DNA from: Carcharhinus longimanus | Lineage: Eukaryota | Reading direction: 5' to 3' | Length of the DNA: 64,000 nucleotides | Assembly (NCBI GenBank): GCA_030264375.1 | Contig: JASCQW010000032.1 | Span: forward strand, 50,358,165 to 50,422,164 | Part shown: one piece after another, positions 51,317-63,088 of the stretch | Position numbering within the stretch: position 1 is the stretch's first letter | Layout: each line of letters starts with the position of its first letter | The notes under the pieces: generated by a model | What the model was told of the DNA's origin: nothing | Seen by the model: only the letters and a program-made list of their open reading frames with translations | The model's database searches: none | Translations under genes and position numbers: made by a program

Positions 51317-53067
51317 CTGAAAACAGATGGAAACAAATAATCATTGACTCACCCCATGCCAATTCTTAGTTGTAACAGAGCATGAAGAATTATATTCCAG
51401 TGACTGTCATAAAGCATGTAACACGTCTTTTATAAAAAAAACCTTTCTAAGTAACATTTTCTTTGTGACTCCTTATTTCAAAAGTTGGTTTAAATACGCA
51501 CTGCTGTACCCTGTTATCCAGCAGGTTTGGACAACAACCCCCCCCCCCCCCACCCCCGCCCCCGCATCAACAACTTCTTGCTCTCATTTTTGCCTTGCTC
51601 CACTCATCATCATCTGAAGCAAAATATCATTTTTGCTAGAGTACGTTTGAGAATTCCCTGAGTATTTTAATTATGAGTAACTGGCCAATGCTAAAAACAC
51701 CCTCACCATCGCTGTCTACACTAGATCACATTTTCTGGACAACTCAATGTAGCAGCCCAGGCGGAGACAGTAGCACAGCATGCAAGAGGGGGGAAAAAAT
51801 CACAGTATCTAGCAGAGGTCTGCTTAGAAAGGAGTGTAAGAAAGTTGTGTGCTTTGCGCTTAATGACATAGCATTAGCAAGACAATTACTTAAAGTGTTA
51901 AATTCCAGCTATGGAAAGATATGCGGGCCCATTATTATACAGAAAATAGTTAGATAGAGTTTATATTACGCACATATAAAACAGATGGATAGACAAAACA
52001 GCCAGATCGACAGACATAGGCAAGAAAGGCAAATGTCCAGCATTCATTCAAATTAAATTATTGTTCTGCAATGCACATATTGGAAGACAGCGAAACTATG
52101 TTGATCCAGATCTTTTAAAACATGAATGTTCGCAAAAAATATGCAAAGTTCCTCCGGTAAATCATTTTGGCAGTTGGTTAATGCTGTGATTCCTTGGAAG
52201 AGTCCGGAATCCAAACAGTAAGAGTAATAATCAGTGGTGTAACAATAACCTTTTAGCATATTGCGCGGATAGCCCTCAACGTCTTCAACTGGAAATCATT
52301 ATCCAATGTTAAAAAGTCAAAATAAGTTTGGAAATAACAATCTCAACTGCATACGTTTTAATTTACAATATACTATATCTGCGTAGCTCAACTTAATTAT
52401 TTGCGGGCGGCCGCAACGACAAAAGCATCATTAGGTTTTAGACTGATAATCCCCATAATACCCGCTCAAATACAATATAGTGGGTATGTTCCCACAACTA
52501 ACTGCGCATATCTAACTTTCTGCAAACTGTTTCATATTGTCTGTAAATCGTTTGGACTGACAACCGATGTTTACACACTGCAATGTGGGCTGCGCCTTGG
52601 TGGGCGAGATTAATTTGGTATTTACTTTTTAAATACATCATGTAGCTAGGCGCAAGGAACGCACGTGTGAATGAGAGCCCGTTATTGCTGCCCCCCATCC
52701 CAAACAGCGGCGGCAGGGCACCAGGTGGCACGTACAGGTAAAAACAAAGCCACGCGGAGCAGCCTGGACATCGCCTACAACTTCGCTAAGGAAGAGTAGG
52801 TGTCCAATCACTGTTTTAAATTACTGTTAGGATGCGGTTTCCAATTGCTTAATGCCAGAGCAGCGATGGTCGGAACAGAAAGAGCTGCAGTCCGTAACTG
52901 CTGTCCAGTCGACACAATTGTAAAATTAGCTAGTTCTAACAGTTAATTCACAACACCCGCATAAAAGAAAACTAAATCATAACAATCAGAGCAGCAGCAG
53001 CGAAATATAGTGGGAATATTCGCACAGCCACGCCATCAGGAGACTACTCAAATAATTCAATACCTAC

Positions 53068-53341
53068 TTGTTAATTTTTTACTTCCACTTCTCATTTAGA
53101 CACTGCGGGGATCAGCGGGTGAGTAGAAAGTCGGTTCAGCATAAGAGTGAACTTTGACGTGCAGCAGCGGTGCTTGGTTTGGAAGTGGCGGCAGCAGTGG
53201 TACAGGTTGCTGTGCTCGGCACTCTGAGCCGGCGAGCAGACTCAGACTGGCCCCTACTCTCCAATGTGCCTTTGTTTATGTGAGCTCCTCGCTTCCACCG
53301 GCAGCGTGTAACCAAGTCTCCGAGCGTCAGCGAGCGTCAGC
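53068..53341 (-). other. NR4A2: NR4A2 non-coding exon 1 (5'UTR); TSS approximate
   Basis: Minus strand reads GCTGACGCTCGCTGACGCTCGGAGACTT...CACATAAACAAAGGCACATTGG, like the recalled 5' end of mammalian NR4A2 mRNA. Donor AACAA|GTAGGT, with an alternative TAG|GTATTG 4 nt further. Confidence 0.7.
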
Positions 53342-53432
53342 GTGGCCGAGCCCAATGAGCGCCCGAGGGCTGGGCCCGCACCAGCCGGTTGGCTGCCTCT
53401 CACTTTGGTAAATTTCCGAGGTGACGTTAACA
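53321..53432 (-). promoter_or_regulatory. NR4A2 proximal promoter: CRE-like site, CCAAT box, tandem half-CREs, no TATA seen
   Basis: TGACGTTA 53422-53429; CCAAT 53352-53356; CGTCA at 53325 and 53335 in a perfect 10-bp tandem repeat (CGAGCGTCAG x2); GC/CpG-rich. Confidence 0.8.
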
Positions 53433-54039
53433 CTGTGGATTTTTAAAGTAGTTGGGGCTTGGCTTGAGGCAACCTTCTCACCTCTTTCAGCATTTCCAAA
53501 ACAACACGTAGCTGGAATATTCGCCGTTTATAGCTTATCGATCTTATTGATCACTTGTTTTGGACTTATTTCTACAACGGCAAACTGCGTAACTATTACT
53601 TTTCATTTCCGGCATAAAGATCTATTCCATTATTGAATATTTTACCTCTTATAAATTCTAGCCTGAAAAGGGGAAACCGGGTGAGTGTATTGTTTTAGAA
53701 TTCAAAGAGCCTCCCCTTTCTGTTTAATTCAGTTTGTATGCTTTAAACACACGCATTTTTTAATGTAAAGCTGCTTAAGAAACACTTACTGGGATGGTGT
53801 CCGGCTTTTGGAATGTAAAACATATACATATATATATATATAAAATCAGCAGGTATTATCACGGATTGCTGGGTGTGTGGGACAATCAAGTTTCGGGTTA
53901 ACTAAATTTTGAAAGAGCCGCGCTGGTGATTGTGAGGTTAAATATTTAATATAGCTGCTCTGTAATATAAAAATTCAATTATTGCATATGTATATATATT
54001 TATTGTATCTATAAATATAATTACATGTATTGGTGGAAA

Positions 54040-54410
54040 CAATGTGAAGGGAGGCCGGGCTGCTTGGGAAAAGTCTGCTGATTACCTTTAATGATGTAAG
54101 GCGAGGAGAGGACAGAGGCAGCTCATTAATCCGGCCTGTTGCAGGCAGCGTCAGTGATCGTGGGCGAAGCAATTGAATGAACGAAAGGAAAATGTGAGCG
54201 GCAGCGCGCCGGGTCCGGCAGAGTGCCGTATGACGCAGGAACGCTGCCATTGACGCAAAGAGCCGGCGCAGCCAGAAATAGCAGGTCTGGCAATGCACTC
54301 TCAGTCTGCAAGTGATGCACACAGGGCTGGCCTTACACTCAGGCTATTTAAAACCCCATCGGAAACTTGAGAACACCAAATTAAGACATTGCGGATATTT
54401 TTAGAGCTAG
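54040..54410. promoter_or_regulatory. Upstream CpG-rich module with clustered half-CREs and MEF2-like A/T boxes
   Basis: CGTCA 54149; TGACG 54231 and 54251; CTATTTAAAA 54344; ATATTTTTAG 54395; GC-rich island in AT-rich flanks. Confidence 0.5.
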
Positions 54411-56699
54411 TGCTTTGGTGGAGGGGGGTTAAGTTTGCTATCTATACACACACACATATACATAAAACATATATATACACATACACTCACATTATATCTA
54501 CTAAGTTTTTTTTCGCAGATTACGCTGTTCTGTGTATTTTACACTGGCTTGTTTTCTTTTCCCACAATTGATCAGTTGTGGTGTTTATGGACTGTGGGCT
54601 GCAATACTGNNNNNNNNNNNNNNNNNNNNNNNNNNNNNNNNNNNNNNNNNNNNNNNNNNNNNNNNNNNNNNNNNNNNNNNNNNNNNNNNNNNNNNNNNNN
54701 NNNNNNNNNNNNNNNNNNNNNNNNNNNNNNNNNNNNNNNNNNNNNNNNNNNNNNNNNNNNNNNNNNNNNNNNNNNNNNNNNNNNNNNNNNNNNNNNNNNN
54801 NNNNNNNNNNNNNNNNNNNNNNNNNNNNNNNNNNNNNNNNNNNNNNNNNNNNNNNNNNNNNNNNNNNNNNNNNNNNNNNNNNNNNNNNNNNNNNNNNNNN
54901 NNNNNNNNNNNNNNNNNNNNNNNNNNNNNNNNNNNNNNNNNNNNNNNNNGAAAACGCCCATTACGTTTGTAAATGGGAATGTTCTTGGCAGACGGTACAT
55001 TTCCAGTGGTTGACCGCTTTGCAGGTTCTCCACTTGGCTGGAAACAGTCGTTTCAGATCCCCGGAACTGTTGCAGTTGCGCGTTCTGACCAGGAAGAGGC
55101 AATCGCCTTCACTCATATTCCACCAATATAATACATAATTTCGTCCCAAAATAAATTTACATACAAAACCAAATAGCTCGATCGTACATTTAGGGCTCTG
55201 ACATCTAGAGCTCGCTAAATTACAAGCTCCTACTGTGCATTTGATTATTGCTATTATTGGCTAGATATATAGCAGCGGAATGGAAATTTTCTGGAATTTT
55301 ACAGGATAATTTGTCTTTCCCAGCTACATTAACTATTACCCTATTGATCCAATTCAATTCCAAAACGGTAAAATTACAGGAAGTTTTACAATGGTAAATA
55401 GGATTTTGTTTCTTCTTACGCTAAAATGTGTAACATAAACGCATTGTGTGTATGAGCGCGTGTTGTGTGGGGAGGGAAGACGGTGAAGAGTAAATAGAGA
55501 CATAAGACACAAAATAAAAACATTTTTTTATTATTAAATAATGGTACAGCTTATTAATTGCAAAATTATTCCAAAAGTAACTTCCTTTTGATGTTAACTC
55601 AAGCTTTCAAATGCTTCTCACAAAAGTTATATCCCGAATAAAAATAAATGAAAATAATCACCAGTAAAAATGACATCTTACATCCTAATTTCCCGTATGA
55701 AATAAAGCAGATCCTTTTAATGGGATAGGTAATAATCAAATCCCTGATGTTTTTGATTTTAAAAAAGTAAACCAATTATTGGAGGAATCACGTGCAGATG
55801 ACTCAATGTTAGATTGCTTATGGTTAACGTCTCTATTTTGAATGACGGTATTGTGAAAATTCTAAAATATGGATAAGGAATTAAAGTTACAGAGACAGTG
55901 CAATTATATGTTAAGCCTTCTGCTGAAACTAACATGATCTTGTCTGGTATAAACATTTTCAATACTATTTATGGACAAAAAAATGAATTTTAAACTGTTA
56001 GAATAAAGACTCAAGCATTTTTCTTTGGCAAACTCCCCAGATCTTGGCAATACAAGTTTGACAATATTCAACTTAAAATAAATAGGGCAGCAAATCCTGT
56101 TAAGAAATTACTATATTAGCACAAACACCACATAAAAACAACAATTTTATTTAATAAAATGGCTACACTCAATACACATCCCGGGGGTGTGGTGTAGATT
56201 AATTCCCCCACCCCACAACTCATTTTAAGGGCATGGTGTAGATTTAAAATCGACCAAGTCTAATTCAAACAAAGTCACACATCAAGTTAAAAAGGGAAAA
56301 TCAAAAATGTTGAAATGTAAACAGAAAATTAAGTACATAAAGATCACATCGCACAGCCTCATCCTCTCAATGTCATAATTGAACTATTACAGCATTACAT
56401 CCATGTCCACCAATGATTAAATGAAAACCTTGTCACATTTCATTCTTCAGGCAGATAACACTACAATGATTGCCTCCTACCTTTGGTGGCTGTTTCCATA
56501 ATATTGTCATCTAAAATGAAAGCATTGGTGGTTTCGTAAACATTGACTTTGTGGAACTACCACTCGCCGTTGTTGGTTCCAGGCTGTTTCATTTTTCAAG
56601 CCCAAGTACTATTTTCTCCCTCCACTTCTCATGACTCTCCTATCAAGCCAAATATGTCTTGTGTCCCTGCCACACAAGCCTGCTCCCTGGTGAACAATT

Positions 56700-57340
56700 T
56701 CCTTCCTCTCCCTGACAACCACCCATATAATATCTGAACCTGACCTGAATTCCAACCACATATCCAAGCCTTCAAAAATATTGCCTATTTAAATGCCTGT
56801 AACATCATCTGGTTCCACCCAAAACTCTGAAAAACTGAAAGCTTCATCCAGGACTTTATTACAACTGGCCTTGATTTACATTAATCTCTCATGTTCTATC
56901 TTCCATAAACTTAAGGTTATTTAAAACTCTACTGCCTGTTTCCTAGCTCAAGTCTCGTTAACCATCACTTGCTTGCTGACCAAAACTGGTTTCCATTTAA
57001 GCATCATCTTAATTGTTAAATTCTCATCTTTCTTTTCCAGCCCTACACCCAAGTTCCTCTATTTCTGGCCTTGAGCATCCCCAATTTTAAACTGTTCCAC
57101 CAATGGTGGTCATACCTTCAGCTGCCTAGGTCTTAAATACTGGAATACGTCCTCTCCCCTCCCCCAACTTCTTCATTTCACTATCCTCTTTTGAGTTGCT
57201 CATTTAAAAAAAAATCTACTTGACCAAATATTTGGTCTTCTGTCCTAATATTTCCTTATAATGGCTCAGTATCAAATTTTATTCTGTAATACTTCTATGA
57301 AATGTTCTATTACATTTAATACACTATAGGAATATAGGTT
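56700..57340 (+). mobile_element. Decayed L2-like LINE 3' end
   Basis: CTCATCC/CTTGATT-type blocks, CCTTCAGCTGCCTAGG...TGGAAT, TTGACCAAA, ACACTATA tail. Similar minus-strand decay at ~24450-24700 and ~33760-34300. Confidence 0.55.
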
Positions 57341-59977
57341 ATAGTGATTTTCATATCTTTAAACTGGTCTAATTAACAAGTTTTTCTTCTCTTCATCTCC
57401 CCACTGATCAATACTATTGTCAGTAATTTCTTCCTTTTTCAAAATGCAGCACTATACATGTTTTCCACTTCCCCTTACATCCCGAACATGTTTAATAAAC
57501 TCTTTTTTTCAGTGTCACATTGTTCATTTGTTCTTTTCATGGACATCAAATCTCTGCTACCCTTCACTTCCGTCTAATTTTTATTCCTTCCACAACCATT
57601 AGGCTATTAACACTGAAGCTTATTACATAAAACATCAGTAGTTCCCAATTTATTTGGTTCTTTGCACATCTGTTTTCTTTTTTTTTAACAACAAAGAAAC
57701 GCAGTAAATAACTAAAAATAAAAAATGCAACTTAATATTTCAAGATGGGACCTTCACTCACTGCAGATTTTTAACAGTTAATCTTTCACTTTCGTTCACC
57801 AACTGGTCTGCTGTGTATTTTGTATGATTCAGTTCAGCACTCCTGTAAAACCTTACAACTGTAACATACACAATAATCTAATTACAGGTTTCTGGAAAAC
57901 AAGTAAAGTTTATTCACCACATTTAAGTTATATATTAAAATTCCATATATCCCTTTTTAGTAACTTTCCAAAAGGAAAATGATGTTAAATTTCACATCTA
58001 TTTGGACTTTTGAGTTTAAATTAATAAAAACAAAAGATTAAGACATTCTAAGGAACAGATTTTTCCATTTGTTTTTTGAAACACAATATATATTTGAACT
58101 CCTCAGAAAATTCTGCTGACTAGCTATCTTTATTCATTCAAAGAAGGGGCAAATGACACCTCATTCTATATATACGAAGCAGGAGAAACACAAGACTACA
58201 GAAAGAGAGGAAAGCATAAAGTTAGTATAGAAACACTCTTGCAAAAGCTAGCACAAAAATGATGGAATAAATGTCCTCCTGATAGAAACAGCAATGTTTA
58301 CAGCCTGTGATCTTATTGGAGTAAAAGCAATTAGTTAATTTGCCCTTAATATCAATATTAGAAAAAAGTATAATACCAGGAATTATGAGCCAGTGTATAT
58401 TTTAAAAAGAATAATTTCCAGGGTCAAAATATTGTATGTTCATATAAAACAAGAAAGAAAAATGGTCACTTGTGATTAAAAGTTCAGTGTTAAGAATTAA
58501 ACTGCATTTGAACCACACAAGGCAAGCACAAAACTGGACAAGTGGGTTTTAAAATAAGAGTTGTGAGAAATGTGAAAGTATTGCGTTATTGTCTTAACAT
58601 GAAAGTGAACAATTGCATGTGCGTCATCAGTAAGGTTGTTACAACAAGCCTGTACTAGTTCAGCTTTACAGCTATAAGCATTATAATGTAGCCCAAAGTA
58701 CTGTGAAAAAGTCTTGAAGCATCTGAAAATTAATTAATATTGGCAAATTTTATAACTGCATTTGCAGCTACACAATGTAAATTTGATTGAATTTGAAAAA
58801 TAATTATACATTTACATCTCAATGTGGTCAGAAAACAGAATTGTAGAATCAGCAAAATTCGACAGGTGGAGGATGGGTGGGGGAGAAAAACAAACGAACT
58901 ACCTTTATATTGCCTATCATCACAAAACATATTGAGTACAATCTTTTTTATATTTCTTGGATATTTGTCCAAAATAGTCTATATTCCAGAATACAGCTTT
59001 GTATCACAGATGGGAGACAGCAATAGAATGCTCATATTTTTATTTTTCCCCCCTTGTACAATTTTGTCACATCATAGGAACATTTATGCTATGGTAGAAC
59101 ATCATAACAGAGATCAAAGACCTCTGGAATAATGCATGCCACCACTGCTAGCAGGAACAGAGAATTTGGCACTCAGCCAAATCTCTAATCAACAGCAGGA
59201 GCTGAGAATCCCAGCCACATCGAGGTCACTGAATTCCAGCCACAGACTCCATTCTTCCTTCACAACAGCATTGTTCCTCCCATTGTAGGATTGTAGGGTG
59301 TTAGGATGCAAGTTGGCACTCAAAATTTACCTTTGGCAAGTTTTGATTGTGTCATGAGGCAAGAGTAAAACAGCAGAGGCCACGTACTTTCTGACAAAGA
59401 GGGAAGCAAAGCAAATTATGAGGTTAATTTGCTCATGCGTTTTCCAGTGAATGTCACCCACTCTGGTTCAGCTCAACGTAAAGAAACCAGAGTAAAAAAA
59501 ATGATAAAGTGCATTCTTTAGTTCTCAGAATATTAAATTGATCATGAATTTGTATTTTCTCACTAATCAAATTAGGACTGTAGTTTATTAAACTAAACAC
59601 CCATGTGTTTTGAACTTGACAGTGACTACACTTCCAAAATACTTCATTGGCCTTAAAGCACTCAGACATCAAGTGGTGATGAAAAGTGCTATTTAAATGC
59701 AAGTTTTTATCTTTTTTTAAATGCACTCTGCATGTAAAGGTATTACTACAATTAAGGAAGCACTGTTGAATTTTGCCTATTATAAACAATTTAGTAGCAA
59801 AGGTTTTCATGCAATATTTATTGAATTCCTAATGCAATTTATACACTGGCAAAAATTTTATTTTTATTGTATTATAATTTTGCCTTTTGTGATCATATAA
59901 AATACAGCCCCTCTAATATGTAGAGCTCGCAGAAAACATTCAGCTATTCTAACTCAGCAGACTTGTTTAAATTAAAA

Positions 59978-60121
59978 TGTATTTATTAGCATCACAAGTA
60001 GGCTGACATTAACAGTGCAATGAAGTTACTGTGAAAACCCCTGGTCGCCACACTTCGGCATTTGGGTACATTGAGGGAGAATTTAGATGGCCAATTCACC
60101 TAACCAGCACATCTTTCAGAC
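59978..60121 (-). mobile_element. V-SINE with the alternative 3' tail, 5'-truncated (third copy)
   Basis: Reverse complement of the tail seen at 21.9 kb and 35.7 kb. Confidence 0.8.
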
Positions 60122-61107
60122 TTATATTTTTGAAATAAGTAAAACTGTCCAATGTATTAATTTGCAAATACAGAGTCCTAGTGTCACTCTGTACTTATCT
60201 GCAATGGAATCACATTTATACTATGCAGATAAAAGCTTCACTGCACTAAACGCAGCAACCTTCAGGTCGGTGAACAAGATATTATTGCTGTAATGGAAGA
60301 AAAATGTTATAATTCAACTGCTAGGATATTTAAGATGTTAACAGTAAGCTTAATACAATAGCTAAAAATCAGACACCCCTAGTATCTCAAAGAGTAATGT
60401 ATGATGGTATACATTAAAAATACATACATGTTATTGTGCAAATTCAATTGAACAGAGATCGAGGGTGGAAACCGCAGAGGTGAAAACAGAATTGGTTTTG
60501 AATGTGATGTCGCTAAATGTCCATACTGTAATGTGAAAAATGCCTAATTACTACAAATAAAAGCCAACTATCGAGTGAGGAAAATGAAAAATAAATTAAG
60601 AACAACATCAGAAAAATCAGGTCAACCAATTGACCTCAACCCTTACTTTAGATCACCTGTGTCGATGATTATAGTAGTCAACCCTAAAATTACTTCTAAG
60701 GCCAAGCTTTTGGTTACCTGTCACCTGGCATCTCTTCATATGGCCTGGGATTAAATTTTGTCTGGTAATGGCTCCTGTGGAATGGCTGGGGATGTTCTCC
60801 TACAATACAAAATGCAATATAAATTAAGGCATACTGTTGAACCAAAATTTTGAAAAGTGCAGCACCGGCATATTTGGAACTGTTCAGGTTTCATGCTGGG
60901 AGTTGGTTAAGCCCAGCAATGTCATATCTATACTAGGATTAAGTTTTCAACAAATTTGTCAATACAGTGTGAAATGTCCACTCTATACAGAAAAGTTTGT
61001 GCCTTTAAGTTGATCATATCCAAAATTAGTTTGTAATGAACATAAATTTATATAATTTATCAACCATTTTCAGATTAGATGCAGCATAGCCACATGAACA
61101 ACAGTGT

Positions 61108-61415
61108 GGGTGGCACAGTGGTTAGCACTGCTGCCTCACAGCGCCAGGGATTCAGGTTCAATGATGGCCTCAGGTCACTGTGTGGAGTTTGCTTGTTCCC
61201 CCCTGGTCTGCAAAGGCTTCCTCCAAGTGCTCCAGTTTCCTCTCATACTCCAAAAATGTTAGATTGATTGGCCGTGTTAAATTGCTCCGTCATGTCAAGG
61301 GGACTAGCAGGGTAAATACTTGGGGTTATAAAGAAAGGACCTGGGTGGGATTGTTGTTGGTGCAGACTAGATGGGCCAAATGACTTCCTTCTGCATTGTA
61401 GGGATCCTATGATTC
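61108..61415 (+). mobile_element. HE1-type V-SINE
   Basis: GGTGGCACAGTGGTTAGCACTGCTGCCTCACAGCGCCAGGGA...GGGATCCTATGATTC. Confidence 0.88.
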
Positions 61416-61562
61416 AATAACCTTTCTCTGCTCCAACATCATGCCTTGACTTAAACCTCAAAAGACCCTCCATTACTTCAATGCAAGTTCCATTTCCCTT
61501 AAGATTCATCCCCATAGAACACATTTAATGGAAAACTAAATGTCTATGAAAGGTTTTCCTTC

Positions 61563-61864
61563 ATAGTGGTTAGCATGGCTGCCTCAAGCGCCAGGGACTC
61601 AGGTTCAATTCCCATTTTGGGTTACTGTGCAACCTCCACATTGACATTCTCCCCATGTCTGCGTGGGTTTCCTCCAGATGCTCCAGTTTCCTCCCACAGT
61701 CCAAAGATGTGCAGGTTAGGTGGATTGGCTTTGCTAAATTGCCCCTTAGTGTCTGGCTAGGGTAAATGCACGGGGCTATGTGGATAGGGCCAGGGTGAAT
61801 TGTGATCAGTGCAGACTCGATGGGCGTTCCAAATGGTCTTCTTTTGCACTGTACGATTCTATGA
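61563..61864 (+). mobile_element. HE1-type V-SINE
   Basis: AGTGGTTAGCATGGCTGCCTCA...CTCCCACAGTCCAAAGATGTGCAGGTTAGG...GATTCTATGA. Confidence 0.88.
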
Positions 61865-61865
61865 A

Positions 61866-63088
61866 GATGTGGGCATCGTTGTTGGCAAGCATTTGTTGCC
61901 CATCCCCAATTGCCCTTGAACTGAGTGGCTTATTAGGCCATTTCAGAGGGCAGTAAGAGTCAACTGCAACAACAAAAACAGAAAATTGAAAAATCTCAGC
62001 AGGTCTGGTAGCATCTGCAGGCAGAGAAAATAGAGTTAATGTTTTGCACCCAGATGGCCCTTCCTCAGAGCTAGACAGCAAGAGAAATATGATGGATTAC
62101 ATACCGTGTAAGTGGGGAGTGGAGCAGCAGAACAGAAGGTCAGTGATTGTTGGGGGCTTGGAGAGATTGCTAACGATGTGTAGGTCACAAGACAGAAGAC
62201 GTTTTAATGGCAACAGCAGGTGTTAATAGTTGCATAAAGGTAAGATATCAATAGGAGAAAAAAGGTCAGTGCTCAGTGCAAGTAAAACTCAAGAATAAGG
62301 TTTATGCATTGGAGCAAAAATTCTGATATAAAAAAGGATCAAGATGGAGGAGAAATGCTGCAGTTTAAAGTTGTTGAACGTTGATTCCCGAGAGCTGTAA
62401 TATTCCAAGTTGTAAGATAAGGTGCTGCTCTTCCAGTTTGTGTGGGCTTCACTGGGTATTGCAGCAGGCCAAGGACGTAGATGTGGGCATGAAAGCAAGA
62501 TATGGACTTAAAGAGGCAAGCAGCAGGAAAGTTGGGGTCATGCTTGTGGGCTGAGAAAAGGTATCCCACAGAACAGTCACCCAGTCTGCATGTAGTCTCC
62601 CCAAAGTAGAGGAGCAGCTTCCACTGAGGGAGCTGCTTCACCAGAAAGGAATGTTTGGGGGGCCTTGAACAGTGAGGAATGAGGAGGTAAAGGGGCAGGT
62701 GTTGCATCAGTTGCAAATATAATGAAGATGCTATGGGAAGGGAATGAGGAGTTGAGTGGATCAGGATGTCATGGAGGGAGCAGACTTTGCAGAATGCTGA
62801 ATGGGGTGGGTGTTTCATGGTGTCATCATGCTGGCGTCATCCACATTGCTGTGGGACTGGAGTCACAAGCAAGTCAGACCGACTAAGGATAGCAATGTCC
62901 AAAGAGGACATTGGTGAGTCAGATGGGTTTTTACAACAACCAACAATAGTTTTTAAGCTTTAATTAAAATTTATTGAATTTAAATTCCACCAGCTGCCAT
63001 AGTGGGATTTAAATTCCTATCCCCAGAGTATTAGCCTGGGCCTCTGGATTACTAGTCCAGCAACATTACCACCACACCACCATCTCCC
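61866..63088 (-). mobile_element. Related tRNA-derived SINE split into two halves (61866-61965, 62841-63088) by the Penelope fragment
   Basis: The halves join as GAGTCAAC/CACATTGCTGTGG and match the reverse complement of the 25.2 kb SINE. Confidence 0.75.
61966..62835 (-). mobile_element. Penelope-like element fragment (GIY-YIG endonuclease and terminal region)
   Basis: ORF 62339-62818 contains SLHDILIHS...KHSFLVKQ...LLYFGETTCRLGDC...HKHDPNFPAACLF...IYVLGLLQ, a decayed GIY-YIG domain. The terminal motif AAATCTCAGCAGGTCTGGTAGCATCTG is shared with 2.8 kb and 33.2 kb. Confidence 0.85.

Noticed and set aside
53668-53680. Possible NF-kB site GGGGAAACCG upstream of the promoter
   Set aside because: It departs from the GGGRNNYYCC consensus and I cannot confirm its position relative to the mammalian site.
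54435-55138. Long ORFs spanning N runs (also at ~8.0-8.4, 19.0-19.4, 20.2-20.8 and 42.4-43.6 kb)
   Set aside because: Their length comes from Ns being translated as X.
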